DNA of 24,000 nucleotides from Aldersonia sp. GTDB taxonomy: Bacteria > Actinomycetota > Actinomycetes > Mycobacteriales > Mycobacteriaceae. The position numbers and the translations under genes are program-made. Positions within the stretch are counted from its first letter, which is position 1. Every line of letters starts with the position of its first letter. The notes beneath the pieces are model-generated. The model was given only the letters and a program-made list of their open reading frames with translations, was not told the origin of the DNA and made no database searches. The stretch is from assembly GCA_036524855.1 (NCBI GenBank), contig DATDBL010000191.1, positions 1 to 24,000 of the forward strand, in the 5' to 3' direction. Positions 1 through 7,936 of the stretch are shown here, piece after piece.

Positions 1-1
1 C

Positions 2-1483
2 GACCCCGGCGAGCGGCTCTACCGCACCGGCGACCTCGTCACCGCCACCCTCACCCGCGACACCGTCGAGTTGCGCTACCTGGGTCGCAGCGACAGCCAG
101 ATCAAGCTGCGCGGCAACCGGATCGAACCCGCCGAGATCGACGCCGCCCTGACGGCGCACCCGGCTGTCGCCCAATCCGCGACCCGTCCGCGCACCACAC
201 CCGCCGGCGACACCGTCCTCGTCTCCTATGTCGTCGCCGACACCACGTCCGATCCGAAGACTGCGTCCGATCCGAAGCGGCTGCGCGCCTTCGCAGCCGA
301 GTTCCTGCCGCGGCAGGTGATGCCCGCCGCGATCGTCGTCCTCGACCGGCTACCGCTCACCCCGAGCGGGAAGCTCGACGACAGGGCCCTTCCCACACCG
401 GACTTCACCGACACCGCCCGCTACCGCGCCCCGACCACGCCGGCCGAACAGGCTGTTGCGGAGATCTTCGCCGATATCCTCGGCGTCTCGAGCCCCGTCG
501 GAGCCGACGACGACTACTTCGACCTCGGCGGCAATTCCCTGTCCGCGGTCAGGGTGATCGCCGCCCTGCGCAAACGCCTGGACGCCACGGTGACCCTGCC
601 GGCGATACTGACCGACCCGACCCCTGCCGGCATCGCCGCTGCCCTCACCCGGACCGACGGTGCCGCGACAGAGCTCGAGGTGCTGCTGCCGATCCGACCG
701 CGCGGCACCCGTACACCGGTCTTCTTCGTCCATCCGATCGTCGGATTGTCCTGGTGTTACGGCGGATTCGCCAGATACCTCGGTGACGACCGGCCACTGT
801 ACGGCCTGCAGACGCCGAACGTACGGACCGAGGAGACCCCTGCGCAGTCGCTGTCCGAACTCGCGTCCCGCTATGTCACCGAGATTCGCAACATCGCACC
901 GGACGGCGCGTATCACCTGATCGGATGGTCGCTCGGCGGGGTGATCGCACACGAGATGGCCGTGCAGATACGCGCCTCCGGTCGCCACGTCGCCTCGCTG
1001 ACCATGCTCGATGCCTTCGCGACCCAACCCATCAGGGACGTCGCAGCCGAGCATCTGCAGGCCGCCGACCTGCTGGCGGGACTGGGCTACGCCGGTCCGC
1101 TCGACCTCGTCCACGGCTCGCTGCAGTCGTCGACGCTCGAGGACCTGCTCGCCGAGGTCGAGGGCCTGCTGCCGACGCTGAGCCCCGAGCACATCCGGCG
1201 ACTGGTCGCCGCTGCGAGCCACAATTCCCGGCTGCTACGCGAACACACACCGGGCGTATTCGACGGTTCCGCAATACTGTTCAGCGCTGCGAGAGACGGT
1301 CACGGGAGCGCCGCTGCCGATTCCTGGACCGGGCATGTGCACGCGGTCACGGATCACCCGGTCGAGAGCACGCACTGGCAAATCTGCGCACCCGACGCCC
1401 TCGCCGTGATCGGCCCGATCCTCGCCGACCGCCTTCGGCGCAGCGAAATCGTATCCCCGGCAATCGAACCGGAGGCTGACTGA
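2..1483 (+). CDS. Non-ribosomal peptide synthetase, C-terminal end of the final module (adenylation-domain tail, PCP, thioesterase); 5' partial
   Basis: Frame 2 is open from the window edge. Translation begins DPGERLYRTGDLV (adenylation core A8-like), then FLPRQVMPAAIVVLDRLPLTPSGKLD (A9/A10-like) and DYFDLGGNSLSAVRV (carrier-protein Ser site). It ends in an alpha/beta thioesterase domain with the GWSLGG nucleophile elbow. Stop TGA at 1481-1483. Confidence 0.9.
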   Translation, partial: DPGERLYRTGDLVTATLTRDTVELRYLGRSDSQIKLRGNRIEPAEIDAALTAHPAVAQSATRPRTTPAGDTVLVSYVVADTTSDPKTASDPKRLRAFAAEFLPRQVMPAAIVVLDRLPLTPSGKLDDRALPTPDFTDTARYRAPTTPAEQAVAEIFADILGVSSPVGADDDYFDLGGNSLSAVRVIAALRKRLDATVTLPAILTDPTPAGIAAALTRTDGAATELEVLLPIRPRGTRTPVFFVHPIVGLSWCYGGFARYLGDDRPLYGLQTPNVRTEETPAQSLSELASRYVTEIRNIAPDGAYHLIGWSLGGVIAHEMAVQIRASGRHVASLTMLDAFATQPIRDVAAEHLQAADLLAGLGYAGPLDLVHGSLQSSTLEDLLAEVEGLLPTLSPEHIRRLVAAASHNSRLLREHTPGVFDGSAILFSAARDGHGSAAADSWTGHVHAVTDHPVESTHWQICAPDALAVIGPILADRLRRSEIVSPAIEPEAD

Positions 1484-2469
1484 TGCGGATACGCGCCGTC
1501 GTCGTGAGCCTGATCGCCGCGCTGCTCATGGTGGGCGCGGCTCTTCCGGCGGCCGCGGCGGCGTCGACCGGCACGCTGGAACAGATCGAGCAAGTCGGCT
1601 CGCAGCGGTGGCGGATCTTCGTCCACTCCCCGGCGATGGGGCGCGACATCGAACTGGAAGTGCTTCGGCCGGCGGACACGAGTGTGCCGCATCCCACCCT
1701 CTATCTCCTCAACGGCGCCGGCGGCGGCGTCGACGGTGCGAACTGGTTGCGGCAGACCGACGTCGAGGGGTTCTTCGCCGACAAGAACGTCAACGTCGTC
1801 ATCCCCGTCGGGGGATACGCCGCGTACTACACCGACTGGCGGGCCGACGATCCGGTGCTCGGCCGCAACCAGTGGCAGACGTTCCTCACCCGGGAATTGC
1901 CGCCAGTGCTCGACGAGGTCCTGGGCACGACGGCTCGAAACGCGATTGCCGGGCTGTCCATGTCGGCGACGTCCGTGCTCGACCTCGCTATCCAGGCACC
2001 GGGCCTCTACCGCGGGGTCGCGTCCTACAGTGGCTGCGCGATGACGAGCGACCCACTAGGCCAGGTGCTGGTCCGCACCGTCGTCGAGGGCGGCGGGCAC
2101 GGCGACGCCGACAACATGTGGGGACCGCCATGGGACCCCGAATGGGCCGCACACGACCCGTATCTCAACGCCGAGAAGCTCCGCGGCGTGGCCCTCTACG
2201 TCTCGAACGCGACAGGCGTGCCCGGCCCCTACGAGCGCCCCGACGCGCCCCGCCCGTTGGGCGCACCCCCGCTTCCCGACCAGATCGTGATCGGCGGCGG
2301 CATCGAGGCCCTCACCAACGTCTGCGCACACCGCCTCGAGGAACGCTTCGAACGACTCGCCATTGCCGCGACGTTCGACTTCCGCCCCACCGGAACCCAC
2401 TCCTGGCTGTACTGGCAGGACGCCCTGCACGCGTCGTGGCCGCTGCTCGAGAAGGCGCTGCGCGGCTAG
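1483..2469 (+). CDS. Secreted antigen-85 / mycolyltransferase-family esterase
   Basis: Sec-type signal peptide MRIRAVVVSLIAALLMVGAALPAAAAAS. LYLLNGAGGG..GANW, the Ser elbow GLSMSAT and the C-terminal GTHSWLYWQ match Ag85/FbpA-type esterase motifs as I recall them. The ATG overlaps the NRPS stop (TGATG at 1481-1485). Confidence 0.8.
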   Translation: MRIRAVVVSLIAALLMVGAALPAAAAASTGTLEQIEQVGSQRWRIFVHSPAMGRDIELEVLRPADTSVPHPTLYLLNGAGGGVDGANWLRQTDVEGFFADKNVNVVIPVGGYAAYYTDWRADDPVLGRNQWQTFLTRELPPVLDEVLGTTARNAIAGLSMSATSVLDLAIQAPGLYRGVASYSGCAMTSDPLGQVLVRTVVEGGGHGDADNMWGPPWDPEWAAHDPYLNAEKLRGVALYVSNATGVPGPYERPDAPRPLGAPPLPDQIVIGGGIEALTNVCAHRLEERFERLAIAATFDFRPTGTHSWLYWQDALHASWPLLEKALRG

Positions 2470-3200
2470 CTGCTGCCGAACCACCGGTTCGCGTAGCGGC
2501 CGAAATCGCCCTGCGCTCCGCTGTACACGTTGAGGTCGACGCCCACCGCCACACCGGGAATCCGACCGCGGTCGGTGTATTGCCAGAACGTCCAGGTCGG
2601 CCACCCACCCGGCACCTCGGGCGCCGGATTCCCCCGGTAGTCGGCGATCCACAGCGGATAACCGGTGAACTGATTGGTGTTAGCCATCGCCGTCTTCCAG
2701 AAGTTCGGGTATGTGTAGATGATCGGCTGCCGGCCGGTGAGCGCGCGCACGGTGGTCAGGTAGCGATGCGTCCAGTCGATCAACGCGCCGGGCGGCAGTC
2801 CGCCCGAGTGTTCGAGATCCAGCACCGGCGGCAGATCGTCGGGCCCGTTGATGCCGAGGACCATCGTGGCGTAGTACGCGGCCTGCAACTCCGGCGACAG
2901 CTCTGGCCGCGCATAGTGGTACGCACCGCGCGCCATCCCCGCCAACCGCATCTGCAGGCAGTCCTGGATGAAGAACGGGTTGACGTAGTCGAGGCCCTCT
3001 GTCGCCTTGACCATGGCGAACTGGTGCCCGGAGTTGCGCACGGCGAACCAGTCGATCCCGGCCCCGCCCGGATGCTGCCACGAGGCGACGTCGGGCCCAC
3101 GTGGCTCGGCACCGGCGCTTCCCGGACCGGAAACCGCCAGCAGGGCAGCAAGAACCATCGGGCCGGCAGCGACGAGGCCACGGCGCACAACCGCGTTCAT
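2466..3200 (-). CDS. Secreted GH25 muramidase (lysozyme)
   Basis: GPDVASWQHPGGAGIDWFAVRNSGHQFAMVKATEGLDYVNPFF is a typical GH25 N-terminal catalytic region. I prefer the ATG at 3200 (MNAVVRRGLVAAGPMVLAALLAVSGPGSAGA, a signal peptide) over the ORF-track start at 3278. Confidence 0.8.
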   Translation of the reverse strand: MNAVVRRGLVAAGPMVLAALLAVSGPGSAGAEPRGPDVASWQHPGGAGIDWFAVRNSGHQFAMVKATEGLDYVNPFFIQDCLQMRLAGMARGAYHYARPELSPELQAAYYATMVLGINGPDDLPPVLDLEHSGGLPPGALIDWTHRYLTTVRALTGRQPIIYTYPNFWKTAMANTNQFTGYPLWIADYRGNPAPEVPGGWPTWTFWQYTDRGRIPGVAVGVDLNVYSGAQGDFGRYANRWFGSS

Positions 3201-3325
3201 GCCGACCGAGGCTAGCGGTTCGGGGGCTGCCGCGCAGCCGATCGCAATGAGGTTGCTCGGTTCTTCATCCACCCGCAACGTGCTCGTTCTAGGATCGGAT
3301 ACCTCTTGATGAGGGGTTGTGAACG

Positions 3326-4864
3326 ATGAGCGAGGCGCATCCGTCGACCACCGGATCGACCCGACGGCAGTTTCTGCAGCGCGCGGCGACGGTCGGCGGT
3401 GCGGCGGCCTTCACCGCCTGGGCGAACCCCATCATCGAACGGGCGCACGCGGCCGACCCAAACGGACACGGAGCCCTCGCCGACATCGAGCACTTCGTGT
3501 TCCTCATGCAGGAGAACCGCTCCTTCGACCATTACTTCGGCACGCTCTCGGGGGTGCGCGGGTTCGCCGACCCCTCGCCGTTCTGGCAACAGTACGGCTG
3601 GGCGCCGGGGGTGGGGCCGACGCCGACCGGCTACCTCGAGCCGTTTCGCCTGAACACGACGCTCGGCACGAGCCTGTCAGGGGAATGCGTCAACGACCCG
3701 GCACACGACTGGGCGGGAATGCACGGCATGTGGAACGGCGGCATTATGGATCGCTGGCTGCCGGTGCAGATCGCGCACGCGGGGCCGTTGAATGGGCCGG
3801 CGACGATGGGGTACCTGACCCGCGCCGACATCCCCGTCCACTACGACCTCGCCGACGCGTTCACCGTCTGCGACGGCTACTTCTGCTCGGTGCTCGGGCC
3901 CACCGACCCGAACCGGCTGTACTGGATCAGCGCCACCATCGACCCGGACGGCACCGGCGGCGGACCATTGGTGGAGACGCCGACGCTCATCCCGAAGAAC
4001 GTCTACACCTGGCGCACCATGCCGGAGAACCTGGAGGCGGCCGGCATCAGCTGGAAGGTGTACCAGAACCGCGATGTGGGGCCGGTGTCCAGCGTCATTC
4101 TCGACGGCATGCTCGGCTCGTTCAAGCAGTTCAACACGCCGGGGACGAGCCTCTACGCGCGGGGAATCGATCCCGTGTTCCCGTTCCACTTCGAGGCCGA
4201 CGTGCGGGCGGGCACACTGCCGGCGGTCTCGTGGGTGGTGCCGTCGATCTTCACCTGCGAGCACCCGGCGCTGCCGCCCACCGCTGGGGCGGTCGGGATC
4301 GTGCAGGTCCTGGACATCCTCACCGCCAACCCCGCGATGTGGGAGAAGACCGCGCTGATCGTGACCTACGACGAGAACGGAGGCTTCTTCGACCACGTCG
4401 TTCCCCCGACCGCACCGCCCGGGACGCCCGGCGAGTACCTCACCGTGCCGCTGGACTCGGTGATGTCCTCCGACGGCATCACCGGCCCGATCGGCCTCGG
4501 GTTCCGGGTGCCGACGCTGGTCATCTCGCCGTACTCGCGCGGTGGCCTGGTGGCCTCTCAGGTGTTCGATCACACCTCGCAATTGCGCTTGCTGGAAACC
4601 CGATTCGGGGTGGAGGTACCGAACCTGACCGCCTGGCGGCGGTCGGTGGCGGGCGACATGACCTCGACCTTCGACTTCGGTGCGACGCCGGACCCGGTCC
4701 GGCCGGCGTTGGGGGTGGCCTTCGATCCGCTCGGTCCCAGGGTGCAGCAGTGCGTCCCCAATGCCCTGATCGGCACCCTCAACCGCGGCATCCCGTACCC
4801 GGTGCCGCCCAATGCCATGCCGGTGCAGGAGCCGGGGTCGCGGCGGGCACCGTCGGGGGTGTGA
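3326..4864 (+). CDS. Tat-exported phospholipase C / phosphoesterase family protein (mycobacterial PlcA-D-like)
   Basis: Twin-arginine signal [23 protein letters not shown]. The phosphoesterase-family motif [19 protein letters not shown] is present. At 512 aa it is similar in size to mycobacterial Plc proteins. GAGGGG lies about 10 nt upstream of the ATG. Confidence 0.88.
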   Translation: MSEAHPSTTGSTRRQFLQRAATVGGAAAFTAWANPIIERAHAADPNGHGALADIEHFVFLMQENRSFDHYFGTLSGVRGFADPSPFWQQYGWAPGVGPTPTGYLEPFRLNTTLGTSLSGECVNDPAHDWAGMHGMWNGGIMDRWLPVQIAHAGPLNGPATMGYLTRADIPVHYDLADAFTVCDGYFCSVLGPTDPNRLYWISATIDPDGTGGGPLVETPTLIPKNVYTWRTMPENLEAAGISWKVYQNRDVGPVSSVILDGMLGSFKQFNTPGTSLYARGIDPVFPFHFEADVRAGTLPAVSWVVPSIFTCEHPALPPTAGAVGIVQVLDILTANPAMWEKTALIVTYDENGGFFDHVVPPTAPPGTPGEYLTVPLDSVMSSDGITGPIGLGFRVPTLVISPYSRGGLVASQVFDHTSQLRLLETRFGVEVPNLTAWRRSVAGDMTSTFDFGATPDPVRPALGVAFDPLGPRVQQCVPNALIGTLNRGIPYPVPPNAMPVQEPGSRRAPSGV

Positions 4865-4887
4865 CGGCGACCCTCGTCGCATCCGGA

Positions 4888-5142
4888 TCACCTGCTCTTC
4901 AGTGCTTTCTTGCGAACCAGCGACCACAGGCTGGGCTTTGCGGCGGTCGTGGTCACGACGTCCAGGAGCCAGAGCCGCGACCGGGAAACCGCCTCGGCCG
5001 GCGCGAGCCCGTCCTCGCGTAGCAGCGTGCAGAGGAGCAGCGTGTAGAGGAGCACCGCGAACAGTGCGGATGACGAGTCCTCCGCCGCCCCCGACACCTG
5101 ACTCCGCCTGGTGCCGGGCCGGAAATTTGTCGGTGAGCCCAC
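4888..5142 (-). CDS. Hypothetical small membrane protein (uncertain; could be a gene remnant)
   Basis: G/C-rich third positions by eye and one hydrophobic span (ALFAVLLYTLLLCTLL). The GTG at 5142 has no Shine-Dalgarno. An internal GTG at 5097 is preceded by GGCGGAG and may be the real start. No family recognised. Confidence 0.3.
   Translation of the reverse strand: MGSPTNFRPGTRRSQVSGAAEDSSSALFAVLLYTLLLCTLLREDGLAPAEAVSRSRLWLLDVVTTTAAKPSLWSLVRKKALKSR
5021..5055. repeat. 15-bp tandem duplication (agcagcgtgCagagg / agcagcgtgTagagg plus a partial third copy)
   Basis: Read directly from the sequence. It is in frame within the 4888-5142 ORF and encodes the LLYTL/LLCTL duplication in its hydrophobic span. 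Confidence 0.9.
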
Positions 5143-5473
5143 CTAGCACGACGCGCACGCACCAGTCTGCAACGCCACCCCCTGGCACGGCTCACTTGTC
5201 GCTCTCCGGGTCGGACCGACGCGGCTTCGGATGACATGCCGCCCGGCGGGGTATGTTTCTCAGTTCCGTTGGGGCACAGCATCTCGCGGAATCATCGCGT
5301 ATCGCAGAATCGAGACGGAGCACATGCCGCATGGTCGACGCGAGTCTTTGACACTCCCGAAGCTGCTGGAGACAACCGAATCACACCTACGCTCGACGGT
5401 TTCGCGCTTTCGGGTTCACGTGGGTGGCGCCGCGGGCGGGCATGCGGCGCGAGTTGCGTTGGTGGCGTTCGGC

Positions 5474-5785
5474 TCATCGAGGGATCAACGCATCGGTCTG
5501 CAGGCGCTGCCGGGCCGCGCGGCGAGCGGCGACGATGTCGGCCTCCCAGGAGGCGAGCAGCGTCCGGACTTCGCGGCGCACGTCGGCAGGGTGCCGACCG
5601 GGACGGGCGTGAGACACGGCGCCCCAAGCGCAGCGGTACACCTCGTCCACGGTGTAGCCGTCCTGCGATGGCGCGTAGGCAACCCGGCGCATCCAACCGA
5701 GCCCATCCCTGCTGCTCTCGGAGAGGTAGAGCGCACGCGCCCACGCGAGTACGTCCTGGTAGCTGATCTCGACGTCGGTAGTCAT
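5474..5785 (-). CDS. Hypothetical protein, 103 aa (may be the distal part of a frame-disrupted larger gene)
   Basis: The ATG at 5785 is preceded by GGAGCGGGG. This ATG overlaps the TGA of the upstream 80-aa ORF (ATGA at 5782-5785). No family recognised. The same frame stays open upstream to 6001. Confidence 0.45.
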   Translation of the reverse strand: MTTDVEISYQDVLAWARALYLSESSRDGLGWMRRVAYAPSQDGYTVDEVYRCAWGAVSHARPGRHPADVRREVRTLLASWEADIVAARRAARQRLQTDALIPR

Positions 5786-6024
5786 CCCCGCTCCGTCCCC
5801 GTGCCGGTCGAACAGACCAGTGTGGTGCACGTACACCGCGATCGCAGGACGAACATACCGGTTGCGGGTAAAGGACAGACACCTTGCGGCGCCGGCAGCA
5901 CGGGCGGGGGCGGCGCCGCGGTGGTGCCGTGGCCGGGGCGTGCCGCACCCAGTTCCGGCGATTCCGCCGCCATGTCGGTGTGTGCGATGCCCGTGGGGCA
6001 CGATGTCACGGCGACGAACTGCAT
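5782..6024 (-). pseudogene. PTS EIIB (fructose-family)-like N-terminal fragment, apparently degraded after about 25-35 codons
   Basis: The ORF starts MQFVAVTSCPTGIAHTDMAAES, matching the phospho-Cys loop (VAVTxCPTGIAHTxMAAE) of fructose-type EIIB domains as I recall it. Downstream the sequence becomes Pro/Cys-rich with no EIIB likeness. By my hand count, A/T-ending codons rise from 6 of the first 46 to 12 of the last 34. No EIIC or EIIA gene lies nearby. Confidence 0.4.
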
Positions 6025-6128
6025 GTCACGCGCCTTTCAACGGTTCGCTGTTGAACCGCATTCGATGCGACGAGCCGTCAGGCTGCTCTGCCTGATCCTG
6101 CGCCGCTGTGTGAGTAAGCCTGCCGACA

Positions 6129-6157
6129 ATTATCGTGTGACACGCGCCTCATGTCAA
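6129..6157 (-). promoter_or_regulatory. Candidate housekeeping-sigma promoter TTGACA-N17-GATAAT, reading toward 6024
   Basis: On the minus strand: TTGACA (6157-6152), a 17-nt spacer, then GATAAT (6134-6129). It sits in a locally A/T-richer stretch about 100 nt upstream of the ATG at 6024. A CGGTTC-N6-GAACCG hairpin (6041-6058) lies in the putative leader. Confidence 0.4.
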
Positions 6158-6344
6158 CATATACGGGCTGAAACAGATGTATTCGGGCATTCAATGACAG
6201 GTGATCCAACGCGCCGGAGCGGTGTGCACCCGTCGAGGTCCCATCGTGGCCGGTCGCGGACCGCAGCGGCACAACGCTGATCGCGACACCGGCGCTGCCG
6301 TCGAACAGCGCCCGATCCAGCCGCGCCAGCGCCGCGGTCATTCG

Positions 6345-6829
6345 TTAGCACAGCCCGGTGACGAACTCGGTCGGATCCAGCGGGCTGTCGCAGCACGGCG
6401 TAGTGGACCTCGCGGGCGGTGTCGAAGAGGACGTCCATGATCGGCCGGTAGGCGGTGTTATCGCAACTGAACTGCAGCGCCCGAGCAGCGGCGGCAGCAT
6501 CCGCCGGTAATAGGTTCGAATACGAGCCGCGCAGCACCGTACGCACCCGGGCCTGGAACTCTCGTTGGTTGGCGTTGGCCTCGCGGACCAACTCGCGCAG
6601 TGTCTTCTCCCCACCCCCGGGTACAGCGCGTCGCGGCACCGTATCGTCCGGGTCTCGATCGCGGCTCGGCCAGCCGAAACAGGATCGCCTCCTTACCGCG
6701 CATGAGCCGCAGGTCGTCGAGCAGCTCCCGCTCCACCCGCCGATCGGCGCGAGCATTGAACTTGTGCAATCGGGTCATAACCTTGATCGTTTCAACCGCA
6801 ACCACACCCGCGATCTCGATCTCTGTGAA
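6345..6829 (-). pseudogene. Tn3-family transposase (TnpA) internal fragment, multiply frameshifted relic
   Basis: Motifs I recognise from the central part of Tn3-family TnpA appear in order but across three frames. FTEIEIAGVVAVETIKVMTRLHKFNARADRRVERELLDDLRLMRGKEAILFRLAE is at 6829-6662. DPDDTV.RRAV.GGGEKTLRELVREANANQREFQARVRTVLRGSYSN is at about 6660-6514. YYRRMLPPLLG is at 6512-6480. ALQFSCDNTAYRPIMDVL is at 6480-6406. Both the N-terminal roughly 300 aa and the catalytic C-terminal half are absent. Weak further similarity may extend down to about 6200. Confidence 0.6.
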
Positions 6830-7077
6830 CTATGTTCGTAATGCCCTCGCGTCTGCCAGGTTCGCAGGTCGAGCTTCGCGGCGCGGGGCAGGTGGGTGTC
6901 GCGCCCGGAGGTGGCCGGGCTGATGCTCGCGGCCGGCCACGTCATCGGGGTGACATGGGCGAAGAGCGCAGCAGACCCGAGCGACCGGTGCCTGTCCGCT
7001 TGGTCATTTTCCAGTAGCGTCGTAGTCGTGACCAGTGGCGTGAGACCTGGGTGGAGGCCCGGCGGGAGATCAGTTCG

Positions 7078-7899
7078 GTGTGCCTGACGTTGTTCGCGTG
7101 GAAGGCGCATCCCGAGTTCGCGCTGGTGGTCGCGAACAATCGCGACGAGGTGTACACGCGCGCGGCGGAGCCGCTGCACTGGTGGTCCGATTCGGCTGTA
7201 CTTGCGGGGGTGGATGTTCCGTCTGGCGGGACCTGGATGGGTGTCGCCGCGGACGGCCGGTTCGCGGTGGTGTCCAATGTTCGGGAGGGTCGCCCGTCCG
7301 CCGGCGCGGCGGCGGAGGTGTCGAGGGGGTGGTTGCCGACGGGATTCCTGCAAACAGGTCTGTCGCCCGAGGAGTATGCGACACGAACGCAGGCGGCTGG
7401 CGGTGACTATCGGGGCTTCAGCCTTCTCTGCGGGGACCTCCGAGAAATGTGGTGGGTGAGCAACCGGTCGCGCAGATCGCCGCGACGTGTCGACCCCGGA
7501 GTGCACGGTGCGTCGAACGCGCCGGCAATCGACCCCGGGTGGCCCAAGGTCGTGGGTGGGCGAGTAGCGTTCGCCGCTGCGGTCGAGGGCGACGACGGGT
7601 CGCCCGAGGCGGGGGCGGCGTATTTCGATCTGCTGCACGACACCACGTTTGCTCCTCGGAAGAGGCTGCCCCACACCGGTGTCGGTCTGGTGACCGAGAA
7701 GCTTCTGTCGGCCCGGTTCGTTCGGATGGGTGTCTACGGGACGCGGGCGTCGACGGTGTTGCGGATGCGCTACGACAGGTCGTTCGACATGGTCGAGCGT
7801 AGGTTCGGCCGCTGGCGTCGGATCGGGGAAACACGATTCACGACCACGTCGGCGAGGGCGTCGGGACCTGATTCGAGCCCGGATCCGCCATGGGTCTGA
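7078..7899 (+). CDS. NRDE-family protein (DUF833 / TANGO2-like)
   Basis: It contains the family-naming NRDE motif (FALVVANNRDE) near the N-terminus. I place the start at GTG 7078 so the protein begins (M)CLTLFAW, the Met-Cys start typical of this family. GGGAGA lies 8 nt upstream. Confidence 0.8.
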   Translation: MCLTLFAWKAHPEFALVVANNRDEVYTRAAEPLHWWSDSAVLAGVDVPSGGTWMGVAADGRFAVVSNVREGRPSAGAAAEVSRGWLPTGFLQTGLSPEEYATRTQAAGGDYRGFSLLCGDLREMWWVSNRSRRSPRRVDPGVHGASNAPAIDPGWPKVVGGRVAFAAAVEGDDGSPEAGAAYFDLLHDTTFAPRKRLPHTGVGLVTEKLLSARFVRMGVYGTRASTVLRMRYDRSFDMVERRFGRWRRIGETRFTTTSARASGPDSSPDPPWV

Positions 7900-7900
7900 C

Positions 7901-7936
7901 GTGCTGGCCTGGCGACTACCCCAGCCAGTCCAGCAC
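7901..7936. terminator. 13-bp-stem hairpin at the convergent NRDE / hydrolase junction (possible bidirectional terminator)
   Basis: GTGCTGGCCTGGC (7901-7913) pairs with GCCAGTCCAGCAC (7924-7936) at 12 of 13 positions, with a 10-nt loop. The first arm starts 2 nt after the NRDE stop. The second arm lies in the last codons of the minus-strand gene. There is no U-tract. Confidence 0.4.

Noticed and set aside
1483-3200. Possible mycobacteriophage-style lysis cassette (LysA-like GH25 plus LysB-like mycolyl esterase)
   Set aside because: The two genes are convergent rather than co-oriented. Both carry their own secretion signals. No holin, integrase or other phage genes are nearby, and the esterase is Ag85-type rather than cutinase-type.
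1608-3215. 535-aa plus-strand ORF spanning the esterase and muramidase genes
   Set aside because: It is out of frame with the esterase and antisense to the muramidase. The translation is extremely Arg-rich, so this is a composition artefact.
3677-5188. 503-aa ORF on the minus strand opposite the phospholipase C gene
   Set aside because: The composition is Arg/Gly/Pro/His-rich with no recognisable motifs. It lies antisense to a gene with clear family motifs. This is a typical shadow ORF of high-GC DNA.
6052-6078. TGAACC-N18-CGT on the plus strand, a possible third SigL-type promoter
   Set aside because: The spacer is 18 nt rather than 16, it lacks the GTCTCGT block, and no plausible plus-strand gene lies downstream. 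The TGAACC is also one arm of a small hairpin.
5231-6280. 349-aa plus-strand ORF across the decayed region
   Set aside because: It has no motifs and its composition is Arg/Gly-rich. It runs antisense to the ORFs that have the better start context and recognisable fragments.
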